The notes under the pieces are model-generated. The model saw only the letters and a program-made list of their open reading frames with translations, did not search any database and was not told where the DNA came from. From a plasmid: a stretch of DNA of 64,000 nucleotides. Below are positions 8,120 to 18,866 of this stretch, one piece after another. The first letter of the stretch is position 1, and each line of letters opens with the position of its first letter. The DNA is taken from sequence record CP109674.1; one strand, written 5' to 3'. Made by a program: the position numbers and the translations under genes.

Positions 8120-10280
8120 CCTTCCGGCCGCCCGCTAAATATCTCCTTTTGGGTTGTTAATAAAACATCCAATAAGTTGACTGTGCGTGAAAAAGAAAGT
8201 TTTGTGTGATGGCGTTGAAGATCGCACCGTTAAGCTCTTATGTGGGATGGTGCAGAGCTCGACGACTACCGATAAAACGCAACCGCCGCAAACAGACAAG
8301 AAAAAGCCCCAACTGATAACAGTTGGGGCTTCAGTATTGTGATTGGTGGAGCAATAGCACCCTGAACCCAAAACCTTCTCGCTCAACCGGTAGTGGCTGA
8401 TAACAACTCGTGAGGGCTATTGCGGGTTAAGCATTTAGCGATGTCTAGGGCCAGACTGGACGTCTGAACGCAAGCCGCTGATACTGTACATAACCACAGT
8501 ATCAGCGGAGGATACCCATGTCGCTGGCAAGGAACGCCACGGCGAGTCAATCGCCCACTCAAACAAACGGTTACGAACGCCACCAACCCGACCAGACGCT
8601 GCTCTACCAGCTGGTTGAGCAGCACTACCCAGCCTTCAAAGCCTCACTCGAAGCCCAAGGTCAACACCTGCCTCGCTACATCCAACAAGAATTCAACGAC
8701 CTCCTCCAATGTGGCCGTCTGGAGTATGGTTTCATGCGGGTTCGCTGCGAGGATTGTCATCACGAGCGTCTGGTCGCCTTCAGCTGTAAACGACGCGGCT
8801 TTTGCCCTAGCTGCGGTGCCCGCCGGATGGCCGAGAGTGCGGCGCTGCTGATAGACGAAGTCTTCCCCAAGGAGCCCATTCGCCAGTGGGTGCTCAGCTT
8901 TCCTTTCCAGCTACGCTTTTTGCTGGCTCGCCATCCCCAGCTGATGGGCCAGGTCTTGAGTATCGTCTATCGTACACTCTCAACTCATCTGATCAAAAAA
9001 GCCGGTTACACCAAAGCCTCTGCACAAACTGGCTCAGTGACTCTTATCCAACGCTTTGGCTCCGCGCTAAATCTCAATGTCCACTACCACATGCTGTTTC
9101 TCGATGGTGTCTATGCCGAAGATGACTATGGCAAGCAACGCTTCCATCGTGTCAAGGCACCCACTTACGATGAGCTGAATACGCTCGCTCACACCCTCAG
9201 CCATCGCATCGCTCGCTGCATGGAAAAGCGTGGGATTTTGGAGCGTGATGCCGAGAATACGTGGTTGACACTGGAAGAGGGCGAAGACGATACGCTGACT
9301 CAATTACATGGTGCTTCGGTTACGTATCGCATTGCCGTCGGCCCCCAGCAAGGGCGCAAAGTCTTCACCCTGCAAACCTTGCCAGGGCGTGAGGATAAAG
9401 CCGACTCAAGCAGTCGAGTAGCCAACCATGCTGGTTTCTCGCTACACGCCGGTGTGATGGCCGAAGCGCATCAGCGGGATAAGCTTGAGCGCTTGTGTCG
9501 CTACATTAGTCGGCCAGCGGTTTCAGGCATTAACCGCCAATGGGCAGGTGCGTTACGAGCTCAAAACTCCGTACCGCAATGGCACCACCCATGTGATCTT
9601 CGAGCCGCTGGACTTCATCGCCAAACTCGCTGCGTTGGTACCTAAGCCGCGAGTCAACCTCACACGCTTCCACGGCGTCTTTGCACCGAACAGCAAACAC
9701 CGAGTTCAAGTAACACCCGCCAAGCGGGGCAAGAAGCCCGACAAATCGGAAGGTCTCGATACTAACTGGCGTGACAAGAGTCCTGCAGAGCGCCACCGCG
9801 CCATGACCTGGATGCAACGCCTCAAGCGAGTCTTCAATATTGATATTGAAGTCTGCGAACACTGCGGCGGTCACGTCAAAGTGATTGCCAGCATCGAAGA
9901 TCCGAAGGTCATTGAGCAGATTCTCAAGCATCTGAAACAGAAAACAGCCAAGGCGAATGCCGCCAAGCAGCGTGAGCTGCCACCAGAACGAGCGCCGCCA
10001 CTGACTCCCAGCCTGTTCGATCCATCACAGAGTCGTCTCTTTGACTGACGACCCCAAATCCAACACTGCTCAACACTGCCAACTTTTAAACGGGGCGGTG
10101 GGGCAGTTTGTATCTCTCGAGCTATCAGGCTAGAGATTTTACCGCCAAATCGAACCTTATTAGAGCGGTTTAGGCTGGACCGGCAGTTAAAATTGGGGCT
10201 TGAGCGGTAAACGAGTGAGGGAATTTCAGGTAAGATACTTCGGATGAGGAGCAAAAAGGTGGTTTATACTTCCTATACCC
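8120..10280 (+). mobile_element. ISCR1: ISCR1 copy 1 (rolling-circle IS91-like element); the oriIS end ...AAAAAGGTGGTTTATACTTCCTATACCC lies at 10280
   Basis: orf513-type gene plus the characteristic oriIS terminus. The left boundary (terIS) is approximate. Part of the direct repeat 7076-10280 / 12786-15990. Confidence 0.85.
8518..10048 (+). pseudogene. rcr1: ISCR1 rcr transposase (orf513) disrupted by a frameshift
   Basis: Two ORFs, 8518-9645 (336 native aa then out of frame) and 9485-10048 (172 native aa), sum to 508 aa against 513. The EKRLS codons are missing at ...RYISRPAVS|LTANGQVRY. The net loss is 11 bp. Confidence 0.8.
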
Positions 10281-10820
10281 CATAAAGGAGGCATCCGGTT
10301 GCGTTAAGCGGAATTCAACGGTGTTGTTGTCCAGTTTGCGCACGCTTTGGACGTTATCGGCAAACTGCAGGCTGTCGAAGTAGGGGAAACTGCTGCCGTT
10401 CACATTGTGCCACGGATGGTGGCGATCAAAGATGCGCTCGAAGGTAAACACCACATCGTCTGCATTCAGTTTGCGGGTGGGGGTGAACCAGGCCGTCTTC
10501 TGAAACTGAACGTCACGACGCAGATGGAAGCGGTAGGTTGCGCCGTTATCCAGCACCTCCCAGCTTTCAGCAAGCTCAGGCACCAGCCGATAGGTGTAGG
10601 GATCTACATCAAGCAGTCGGTCATACAATTGGGCCGCTAACGTATCGACGATGAGACCGCTGCTCGTTTTTTGTGGGTTGAACGTATTGACTTGCCCGCT
10701 GACGCAATAGACAAACCCACTGTCACGGATATCAGCGTGCGGAGCTTGCTCAGGCGCAGCAGCAGCCTGACCACTCAGAAATCCAGCCATCACGATCAGA
10801 GATGATAAAACCAGGCGCAT
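10281..10820 (-). pseudogene. sapA: sapA-like peptide ABC-transporter substrate-binding protein, N-terminal 180 aa only, truncated by the ISCR1 oriIS end
   Basis: Signal peptide plus the SBP family-5 N-terminus MRLVLSSLIVMAGFLSGQAAAAPEQAPHADIRDSGFVYCVSGQVNTFNPQ... The ORF runs into ISCR1-derived sequence. Confidence 0.75.
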
Positions 10821-11345
10821 AATTTTAATGGATTATATAAAGAGGCTATCTTACTAATACTTAATGACATTTGCCATTACCGTTTGTTTTTGGGAGTAAC
10901 AGGCTCGATAAGCGCGAGTTCAACACCGCGACATGGTCAAAATTCATACCTGCTATCCACTTTGAATCTACTCTGTTAACTATCTTAGCATTTTCATGGC
11001 CCATCTGACTTGCTATAAACGTGGGGGCGTACCTGTCGTTGTTTACTGATTGATATCAGTGTGTGCTCGGAAGATGGAGTATGGCATCGATAACGAAGTG
11101 TGGAGCGAGCATTTAGAGTGTCACTATCAATGCTGAACTATAATCATTCAGGAAGCAGTACACGTTATGTGAGTTGTAATAGCTAAAGTATCTATAATTA
11201 TTTCAATATGTTAATTCCATTTTTTCTTCATGGCATCTTAATCTTCTCACCCATTTATGGTGATGATTTCCATTGGTTATTAAATGCATTTTGGCTTTGA
11301 TCCTGGTTATGAACGGTTTTCTGTTGCCATTTAACTTCTAATGGA

Positions 11346-11807
11346 ATGAATTGTATGAATAAATTACTGAGCCTTGTTGTTTCACTTGCCCTATTGCCTG
11401 GAGCCGTTTTTGCAGCGTCGACTCCAGACTGTGTGAAGGTGAATAAAGCGCAAATCGAAGCGCTATTTGATAAGTGGAACGAGTCATTGAAAACAGGTAA
11501 CGCGCAGACGGTATCTGAAAATTATCTTAGCGATGCGGTATTGTTGCCTACTGTATCCAATAAAGCGCGTTTAACGGACGCTGAACGTGTTGATTATTTC
11601 GAGCATTTTCTTGCGAAAAAGCCGACCGGGAAAATTGACATGCGTACCATTCGCCTGGGGTGTAATAAGGCGATAGACACCGGTACCTACACATTTACCT
11701 TCGCGGACAAATCAACGGTTTCAGCCCGCTACACATTCACTTATGCATGGGACGGTAAAGAGTGGAAAATTTCCACACACCACTCTTCAGCGATGCCTGA
11801 AGGGTAA
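11346..11807 (+). CDS. Hypothetical secreted protein (signal peptide; NTF2/SnoaL-like fold suspected)
   Basis: 153-aa ORF MNCMNKLLSLVVSLALLPGAVFAASTPD... with an AT-rich upstream region. Co-captured with qnrB. Confidence 0.5.
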   Translation: MNCMNKLLSLVVSLALLPGAVFAASTPDCVKVNKAQIEALFDKWNESLKTGNAQTVSENYLSDAVLLPTVSNKARLTDAERVDYFEHFLAKKPTGKIDMRTIRLGCNKAIDTGTYTFTFADKSTVSARYTFTYAWDGKEWKISTHHSSAMPEG

Positions 11808-11848
11808 AAAGCTGTGCAGGGGGCGGAATATTCACCGCTCCCTGAAGA

Positions 11849-12493
11849 CTAGCCAATAATCGCGATGCCAAGACGTTCCATGAGCAACGATGCCTGGTAG
11901 TTGTCCAACTTAACGCCTTGTAAATCAACGCGCCGAATATCTAAGTCACCCAACTCCGAATTGGTCAGATCGCAATGTGTGAAGTTTGCTGCTCGCCAGT
12001 CGAAAGTCGAAAACTCGCCGCCGGAGAGATCTGAACCACTGAACGTCGCGCCCAGTACCTGGGCCCCCATCCAACGGTTTTCCCACAGCTCACACTTTTC
12101 CAACACGACTTTCGAAAAATTGGCGTAGCTTAGATTTGTGTTAGTGATATATGCACTGCAAAACCAGGTGCGAGTAGTGATCATATTCATAAAACTTGCG
12201 CCGCGAAAATCTGCGCCTTGCGCACGACAGTGGCGAATTTCAATGCCAAGCGCACTGGCATTGCGAAAATCCGCCATGGATAAATCACAGCTTTTAAAAA
12301 TGGCATCTTTCAGCATCGCACGACTAAAATTGCACCCTTTCTGGCTTTCACGATCATAGAACTGACAGCCGATAAATTCAGTGCCGCTCAGGTCGGCACC
12401 TGAAAAATCACAGTTAAAAAATGTACTATTTTCAATTTTCTCACCGGTGAAGCGGTTTCTGTTAATTTTTTCGCCAACGAGTGCCAGAGCCAT
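11849..12493 (-). CDS. qnrB: Pentapeptide-repeat quinolone-resistance protein QnrB (qnrB2-like context)
   Basis: Product MALALVGEKINRNRFTGEKIENSTFFNCDFSGADLSGTEFIGCQFYDRESQKGCNFSRAML... Flanked by truncated sapA and truncated pspF, as in Citrobacter-derived qnrB modules. Confidence 0.93.
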   Translation of the reverse strand: MALALVGEKINRNRFTGEKIENSTFFNCDFSGADLSGTEFIGCQFYDRESQKGCNFSRAMLKDAIFKSCDLSMADFRNASALGIEIRHCRAQGADFRGASFMNMITTRTWFCSAYITNTNLSYANFSKVVLEKCELWENRWMGAQVLGATFSGSDLSGGEFSTFDWRAANFTHCDLTNSELGDLDIRRVDLQGVKLDNYQASLLMERLGIAIIG

Positions 12494-12502
12494 ATTTTGT
12501 GC

Positions 12503-12518
12503 CTGTTTTTTTATACAG
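12503..12518 (-). promoter_or_regulatory. LexA (SOS) box CTGTTTTTTTATACAG upstream of qnrB
   Basis: CTGT-N8-ACAG consensus lying 10 bp upstream of the qnrB start. Confidence 0.75.
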
Positions 12519-12588
12519 TAATGGCGTCATGGTAAACCCTGATGAGGTTATGCGTCAAATCCGCCAATATAACATCTGCAAATGTGCG

Positions 12589-12789
12589 TTAAATCTGGTG
12601 TTTTTTCAGCAAAGCGCGAAGCTGATGGTAAGTCAGACCCAGTAATTCAGCGGCTTTTTTCTGGTTAAATTTTGCCTGCTGTAAGCTGGTTTGTAGAAAG
12701 TCTTTCTCTTGCTGCTGCTGGAATTCACGCAGATCCAGCGGTAACCCTACAGACATCGGTTTAGTTTCCGGCGCCTGCGGCTGCGTCTG
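12589..12789 (-). pseudogene. pspF: pspF C-terminal (HTH) remnant
   Basis: C-terminus ...LQQAKFNQKKAAELLGLTYHQLRALLKKHQI. The ORF continues upstream into antisense qacEdelta1 sequence. Confidence 0.7.
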
Positions 12790-12990
12790 GTTCTGAAATC
12801 CATCCCTGTCGGTGTTGCTTATGCAGTCTGGTCGGGACTCGGCGTCGTCATAATTACAGCCATTGCCTGGTTGCTTCATGGGCAAAAGCTTGATGCGTGG
12901 GGCTTTGTAGGTATGGGGCTCATAATTGCTGCCTTTTTGCTCGCCCGATCCCCATCGTGGAAGTCGCTGCGGAGGCCGACGCCATGGTGA
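12786..12990 (+). pseudogene. qacEdelta1: qacEdelta1 3' fragment (start of the second 3'-CS copy)
   Basis: Identical to 7076-7280; lacks the first 48 codons or so. Confidence 0.85.
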
Positions 12991-13823
12991 CGGTGTTCGG
13001 CATTCTGAATCTCACCGAGGACTCCTTCTTCGATGAGAGCCGGCGGCTAGACCCCGCCGGCGCTGTCACCGCGGCGATCGAAATGCTGCGAGTCGGATCA
13101 GACGTCGTGGATGTCGGACCGGCCGCCAGCCATCCGGACGCGAGGCCTGTATCGCCGGCCGATGAGATCAGACGTATTGCGCCGCTCTTAGACGCCCTGT
13201 CCGATCAGATGCACCGTGTTTCAATCGACAGCTTCCAACCGGAAACCCAGCGCTATGCGCTCAAGCGCGGCGTGGGCTACCTGAACGATATCCAAGGATT
13301 TCCTGACCCTGCGCTCTATCCCGATATTGCTGAGGCGGACTGCAGGCTGGTGGTTATGCACTCAGCGCAGCGGGATGGCATCGCCACCCGCACCGGTCAC
13401 CTTCGACCCGAAGACGCGCTCGACGAGATTGTGCGGTTCTTCGAGGCGCGGGTTTCCGCCTTGCGACGGAGCGGGGTCGCTGCCGACCGGCTCATCCTCG
13501 ATCCGGGGATGGGATTTTTCTTGAGCCCCGCACCGGAAACATCGCTGCACGTGCTGTCGAACCTTCAAAAGCTGAAGTCGGCGTTGGGGCTTCCGCTATT
13601 GGTCTCGGTGTCGCGGAAATCCTTCTTGGGCGCCACCGTTGGCCTTCCTGTAAAGGATCTGGGTCCAGCGAGCCTTGCGGCGGAACTTCACGCGATCGGC
13701 AATGGCGCTGACTACGTCCGCACCCACGCGCCTGGAGATCTGCGAAGCGCAATCACCTTCTCGGAAACCCTCGCGAAATTTCGCAGTCGCGACGCCAGAG
13801 ACCGAGGGTTAGATCATGCCTAG
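12984..13823 (+). CDS. sul1: Dihydropteroate synthase Sul1, copy 2
   Basis: Identical to copy 1 (repeat offset 5710 bp). Confidence 0.95.
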   Translation: MVTVFGILNLTEDSFFDESRRLDPAGAVTAAIEMLRVGSDVVDVGPAASHPDARPVSPADEIRRIAPLLDALSDQMHRVSIDSFQPETQRYALKRGVGYLNDIQGFPDPALYPDIAEADCRLVVMHSAQRDGIATRTGHLRPEDALDEIVRFFEARVSALRRSGVAADRLILDPGMGFFLSPAPETSLHVLSNLQKLKSALGLPLLVSVSRKSFLGATVGLPVKDLGPASLAAELHAIGNGADYVRTHAPGDLRSAITFSETLAKFRSRDARDRGLDHA

Positions 13824-13829
13824 CATTCA

Positions 13830-15990
13830 CCTTCCGGCCGCCCGCTAAATATCTCCTTTTGGGTTGTTAATAAAACATCCAATAAGTTGACTGTGCGTGA
13901 AAAAGAAAGTTTTGTGTGATGGCGTTGAAGATCGCACCGTTAAGCTCTTATGTGGGATGGTGCAGAGCTCGACGACTACCGATAAAACGCAACCGCCGCA
14001 AACAGACAAGAAAAAGCCCCAACTGATAACAGTTGGGGCTTCAGTATTGTGATTGGTGGAGCAATAGCACCCTGAACCCAAAACCTTCTCGCTCAACCGG
14101 TAGTGGCTGATAACAACTCGTGAGGGCTATTGCGGGTTAAGCATTTAGCGATGTCTAGGGCCAGACTGGACGTCTGAACGCAAGCCGCTGATACTGTACA
14201 TAACCACAGTATCAGCGGAGGATACCCATGTCGCTGGCAAGGAACGCCACGGCGAGTCAATCGCCCACTCAAACAAACGGTTACGAACGCCACCAACCCG
14301 ACCAGACGCTGCTCTACCAGCTGGTTGAGCAGCACTACCCAGCCTTCAAAGCCTCACTCGAAGCCCAAGGTCAACACCTGCCTCGCTACATCCAACAAGA
14401 ATTCAACGACCTCCTCCAATGTGGCCGTCTGGAGTATGGTTTCATGCGGGTTCGCTGCGAGGATTGTCATCACGAGCGTCTGGTCGCCTTCAGCTGTAAA
14501 CGACGCGGCTTTTGCCCTAGCTGCGGTGCCCGCCGGATGGCCGAGAGTGCGGCGCTGCTGATAGACGAAGTCTTCCCCAAGGAGCCCATTCGCCAGTGGG
14601 TGCTCAGCTTTCCTTTCCAGCTACGCTTTTTGCTGGCTCGCCATCCCCAGCTGATGGGCCAGGTCTTGAGTATCGTCTATCGTACACTCTCAACTCATCT
14701 GATCAAAAAAGCCGGTTACACCAAAGCCTCTGCACAAACTGGCTCAGTGACTCTTATCCAACGCTTTGGCTCCGCGCTAAATCTCAATGTCCACTACCAC
14801 ATGCTGTTTCTCGATGGTGTCTATGCCGAAGATGACTATGGCAAGCAACGCTTCCATCGTGTCAAGGCACCCACTTACGATGAGCTGAATACGCTCGCTC
14901 ACACCCTCAGCCATCGCATCGCTCGCTGCATGGAAAAGCGTGGGATTTTGGAGCGTGATGCCGAGAATACGTGGTTGACACTGGAAGAGGGCGAAGACGA
15001 TACGCTGACTCAATTACATGGTGCTTCGGTTACGTATCGCATTGCCGTCGGCCCCCAGCAAGGGCGCAAAGTCTTCACCCTGCAAACCTTGCCAGGGCGT
15101 GAGGATAAAGCCGACTCAAGCAGTCGAGTAGCCAACCATGCTGGTTTCTCGCTACACGCCGGTGTGATGGCCGAAGCGCATCAGCGGGATAAGCTTGAGC
15201 GCTTGTGTCGCTACATTAGTCGGCCAGCGGTTTCAGGCATTAACCGCCAATGGGCAGGTGCGTTACGAGCTCAAAACTCCGTACCGCAATGGCACCACCC
15301 ATGTGATCTTCGAGCCGCTGGACTTCATCGCCAAACTCGCTGCGTTGGTACCTAAGCCGCGAGTCAACCTCACACGCTTCCACGGCGTCTTTGCACCGAA
15401 CAGCAAACACCGAGTTCAAGTAACACCCGCCAAGCGGGGCAAGAAGCCCGACAAATCGGAAGGTCTCGATACTAACTGGCGTGACAAGAGTCCTGCAGAG
15501 CGCCACCGCGCCATGACCTGGATGCAACGCCTCAAGCGAGTCTTCAATATTGATATTGAAGTCTGCGAACACTGCGGCGGTCACGTCAAAGTGATTGCCA
15601 GCATCGAAGATCCGAAGGTCATTGAGCAGATTCTCAAGCATCTGAAACAGAAAACAGCCAAGGCGAATGCCGCCAAGCAGCGTGAGCTGCCACCAGAACG
15701 AGCGCCGCCACTGACTCCCAGCCTGTTCGATCCATCACAGAGTCGTCTCTTTGACTGACGACCCCAAATCCAACACTGCTCAACACTGCCAACTTTTAAA
15801 CGGGGCGGTGGGGCAGTTTGTATCTCTCGAGCTATCAGGCTAGAGATTTTACCGCCAAATCGAACCTTATTAGAGCGGTTTAGGCTGGACCGGCAGTTAA
15901 AATTGGGGCTTGAGCGGTAAACGAGTGAGGGAATTTCAGGTAAGATACTTCGGATGAGGAGCAAAAAGGTGGTTTATACTTCCTATACCC
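13830..15990 (+). mobile_element. ISCR1: ISCR1 copy 2, with the oriIS end at 15990
   Basis: Identical to copy 1 and carries the same frameshift. Confidence 0.85.
14228..15758 (+). pseudogene. rcr1: ISCR1 rcr transposase, copy 2, with the same frameshift
   Basis: ORFs 14228-15355 and 15195-15758 are identical to those of copy 1. Confidence 0.8.
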
Positions 15991-16524
15991 AGTAGTGTTC
16001 CCCTGTCGGTTTGGTTGGGGTCGATGCCCCACTTTGGGCGCGGCGTTGGGCGCCGCAAGATGAAAGCTCTGTGTGAAGGCTTGGATATTAAGACCTTGGA
16101 TGATTTCAATGCCATCACCGAAGAGCAGATCGTTAGCGTCGACAAATTCAGCTACAAAACTGCCGCAAAAGTGCTTGCAGGTATGGCTGAACATGCCGAG
16201 CTATTCAACAAGATTCAATCAATCATCGGGTTCAAACAGCAGGTCACTTCGGGGGATCGTTTTACCGGTGAGAAGATCGTGATCACCGGTTTTCGTGACG
16301 CGGCCTTGGAGAAGCTGATTGAAGCTGAGGGTGGTGAAGTGCAATCATCAGTCTCGTCGAAGACCACCATGGTGATCGCGGCATCCACTTCCGGATCTTC
16401 CGGCAAATTGAAGAAAGTGCACGATCTCAACAACAGCGGAAAGGCAAATATCAAACTGATTGATCTGGCCACCTTCCGTAAGCAATATCTGGAACAACCA
16501 GCATCGACTGGTTTGGAGTTTTAA
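15991..16524 (+). pseudogene. ligA: NAD-dependent DNA ligase (LigA) C-terminal fragment (HhH and BRCT), captured adjacent to the ISCR1 oriIS
   Basis: Sequence ...ITGFRDAALEKLIEAEGGEVQSSVSSKTTMVIAASTSGSSGKLKKVHDLNNSGKANIKLIDL shows a BRCT pattern. There is no N-terminal adenylation domain. Confidence 0.6.
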
Positions 16525-17093
16525 TGAGTCACCCACAACTTGAGCTAATAGTCGCTGTGGATTCTAAGTTGGGATTCGGGAAAGGCGGCAAGATTCCATG
16601 GAAATGCAAAGAAGACATGGCGCGATTTACGCGGATTTCTAAAGAGATCCGCGTGTGCGTTATGGGGAAACACACGTATACTGACATGCGTGACATGCAG
16701 TTAGAAAAGGATGGCGCCGAGGAGCGAATCAAGGAGAAAGGAATTCTCCCCGAACGCGAATCGTTCGTGATCTCCTCGACGTTAAAACAAGAAGATGTCA
16801 TAGGCGCTACTGTCGTTCCTGATCTTCGTGCTGTGATCAACCTGTATGAGAATACCGATCAACGCATTGCTGTCATTGGTGGGGAGAAGTTGTACATTCA
16901 AGCTCTTTCATCAGCAACGAAACTGCACATGACCATAATTCCAAGAGAGTTCGACTGTGATCGATTTATTCCTGTTGATCCGATCCAGAACAATTTTCAC
17001 ATTGATTCCAGTGCCAGCGAGACTGTGGAGGCAACCGTTGATGAGACTCAAGAGCGCATTCACTTTGCTACTTACGTGCGTAACAATCAGTAA
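16524..17093 (+). CDS. dfrA19: Trimethoprim-resistant dihydrofolate reductase, ISCR1-associated type (dfrA19/dfrA18-like)
   Basis: 189-aa product MSHPQLELIVAVDSKLGFGKGGKIPWKCKEDMARFTRISK... with the DHFR fold motif. Positioned downstream of ISCR1. The allele assignment is tentative. Confidence 0.75.
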   Translation: MSHPQLELIVAVDSKLGFGKGGKIPWKCKEDMARFTRISKEIRVCVMGKHTYTDMRDMQLEKDGAEERIKEKGILPERESFVISSTLKQEDVIGATVVPDLRAVINLYENTDQRIAVIGGEKLYIQALSSATKLHMTIIPREFDCDRFIPVDPIQNNFHIDSSASETVEATVDETQERIHFATYVRNNQ

Positions 17094-17493
17094 CGCGCTG
17101 GCAGTGGAAGAACAAGAACCAGAAACGAAGCAGACGGTGTTGGCCGTCTGCTTCGAAACATCATTATTGGCTCGAGAACTGATCGAGAATACCATTCTTG
17201 CGGACGACATCCAAAACAATACAGAAAAGATAGCTTTGCAGTTGTCGGAGCCCCTCCCCCCAACTTATAATGGGATTATTGCTGGGCTAAACAATGCTGT
17301 CGCCATGCGTGGGACAGCAAACGTTGAATCGCCATCAAGAGCATCCACAGATTTACGTGCAGCCGTCATCGGTTTATGGTGTATAAATGACACCATAGCC
17401 GCCCTGAATCAGACTGATAATGCAGTCTTACAGGACGGCGAGTTGCAACAAACACTTGTCGATTATTACAACAACTTATTGGCTGACATCGTT
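17041..17493 (+). pseudogene. Hypothetical secreted protein truncated at its C-terminus by the IRi of integron #2
   Basis: MRLKSAFTLLLTCVTISNALAVEEQ... is a signal peptide. The reading frame runs through the IRi at 17494. Confidence 0.45.
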
Positions 17494-17518
17494 TGTCGTT
17501 TTCAGAAGACGGCTGCAC
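17494..17518 (+). repeat. IRi: Class 1 integron IRi, left end of integron #2
   Basis: Exact TGTCGTTTTCAGAAGACGGCTGCAC followed by 5'-CS sequence identical to 3465-3700. Confidence 0.9.
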
Positions 17519-17695
17519 TGAACGTCAGAAGCCGACTGCACTATAGCAGCGGAGGGGTTGGATCCATCAGGCAACGACGGGCTGCTGCCGGCCATCAGCG
17601 GACGCAGGGAGGACTTTCCGCAACCGGCCGTTCGATGCGGCACCGATGGCCTTCGCGCAGGGGTAGTGAATCCGCCAGGATTGACTTGCGCTGCC

Positions 17696-18709
17696 CTACC
17701 TCTCACTAGTGAGGGGCGGCAGCGCATCAAGCGGTGAGCGCACTCCGGCACCGCCAACTTTCAGCACATGCGTGTAAATCATCGTCGTAGAGACGTCGGA
17801 ATGGCCGAGCAGATCCTGCACGGTTCGAATGTCGTAACCGCTGCGGAGCAAGGCCGTCGCGAACGAGTGGCGGAGGGTGTGCGGTGTGGCGGGCTTCGTG
17901 ATGCCTGCTTGTTCTACGGCACGTTTGAAGGCGCGCTGAAAGGTCTGGTCATACATGTGATGGCGACGCACGACACCGCTCCGTGGATCGGTCGAATGCG
18001 TGTGCTGCGCAAAAACCCAGAACCACGGCCAGGAATGCCCGGCGCGCGGATACTTCCGCTCAAGGGCGTCGGGAAGCGCAACGCCGCTGCGGCCCTCGGC
18101 CTGGTCCTTCAGCCACCATGCCCGTGCACGCGACAGCTGCTCGCGCAGGCTGGGTGCCAAGCTCTCGGGTAACATCAAGGCCCGATCCTTGGAGCCCTTG
18201 CCCTCCCGCACGATGATCGTGCCGTGATCGAAATCCAGATCCTTGACCCGCAGTTGCAAACCCTCACTGATCCGCATGCCCGTTCCATACAGAAGCTGGG
18301 CGAACAAACGATGCTCGCCTTCCAGAAAACCGAGGATGCGAACCACTTCATCCGGGGTCAGCACCACCGGCAAGCGCCGCGACGGCCGAGGTCTTCCGAT
18401 CTCCTGAAGCCAGGGCAGATCCGTGCACAGCACCTTGCCGTAGAAGAACAGCAAGGCCGCCAATGCCTGACGATGCGTGGAGACCGAAACCTTGCGCTCG
18501 TTCGCCAGCCAGGACAGAAATGCCTCGACTTCGCTGCTGCCCAAGGTTGCCGGGTGACGCACACCGTGGAAACGGATGAAGGCACGAACCCAGTGGACAT
18601 AAGCCTGTTCGGTTGGTAAGCTGTAATGCAAGTAGCGTATGCGCTCACGCAACTGGTCCAGAACCTTGACCGAACGCAGCGGTGGTAACGGCGCAGTGGC
18701 GGTTTTCAT
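17696..18709 (-). CDS. intI1: Class 1 integron integrase IntI1 (intact, 337 aa)
   Basis: [31 protein letters not shown]...[35 protein letters not shown], full length. Confidence 0.95.
   Translation of the reverse strand: MKTATAPLPPLRSVKVLDQLRERIRYLHYSLPTEQAYVHWVRAFIRFHGVRHPATLGSSEVEAFLSWLANERKVSVSTHRQALAALLFFYGKVLCTDLPWLQEIGRPRPSRRLPVVLTPDEVVRILGFLEGEHRLFAQLLYGTGMRISEGLQLRVKDLDFDHGTIIVREGKGSKDRALMLPESLAPSLREQLSRARAWWLKDQAEGRSGVALPDALERKYPRAGHSWPWFWVFAQHTHSTDPRSGVVRRHHMYDQTFQRAFKRAVEQAGITKPATPHTLRHSFATALLRSGYDIRTVQDLLGHSDVSTTMIYTHVLKVGGAGVRSPLDALPPLTSER
18594..18622 (+). promoter_or_regulatory. Pc: Pc promoter copy of integron #2 (same variant as copy 1)
   Basis: Sequence tggacataagcctgttcggttggtaagct. 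Confidence 0.65.
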
Positions 18710-18754
18710 GGCTTGTTATGACTGTTTTTTTGTACAGTCTATGCCTCGGGCATC
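18710..18754 (+). other. attI1: Truncated attI1 (first 45 bp only) at the junction with Tn5393-derived sequence
   Basis: Identity with integron #1 ends after ...cctcgggcatc (4689 / 18754). Confidence 0.7.
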
Positions 18755-18866
18755 AAGGCGAGCTCAGAGACCATGGAAAGCATGTTCTCGGACTTACGTA
18801 GCAACTCGTTTCTTTTCGCAGGTTGAGCCACCTCCGCGCTTCATCAGAAAACTGAAGGAACCTCCA

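Noticed and set aside
15880-16194. 104-aa minus-strand ORF spanning the ISCR1 oriIS / ligA-delta junction
   Set aside because: Crosses a mobile-element boundary and is antisense to the ligase fragment, so it is an artefact.
16957-17709. 250-aa ORF read as one gene
   Set aside because: Only the segment up to 17493 is native. The rest is integron IRi/5'-CS sequence, so it is annotated as a truncated gene.
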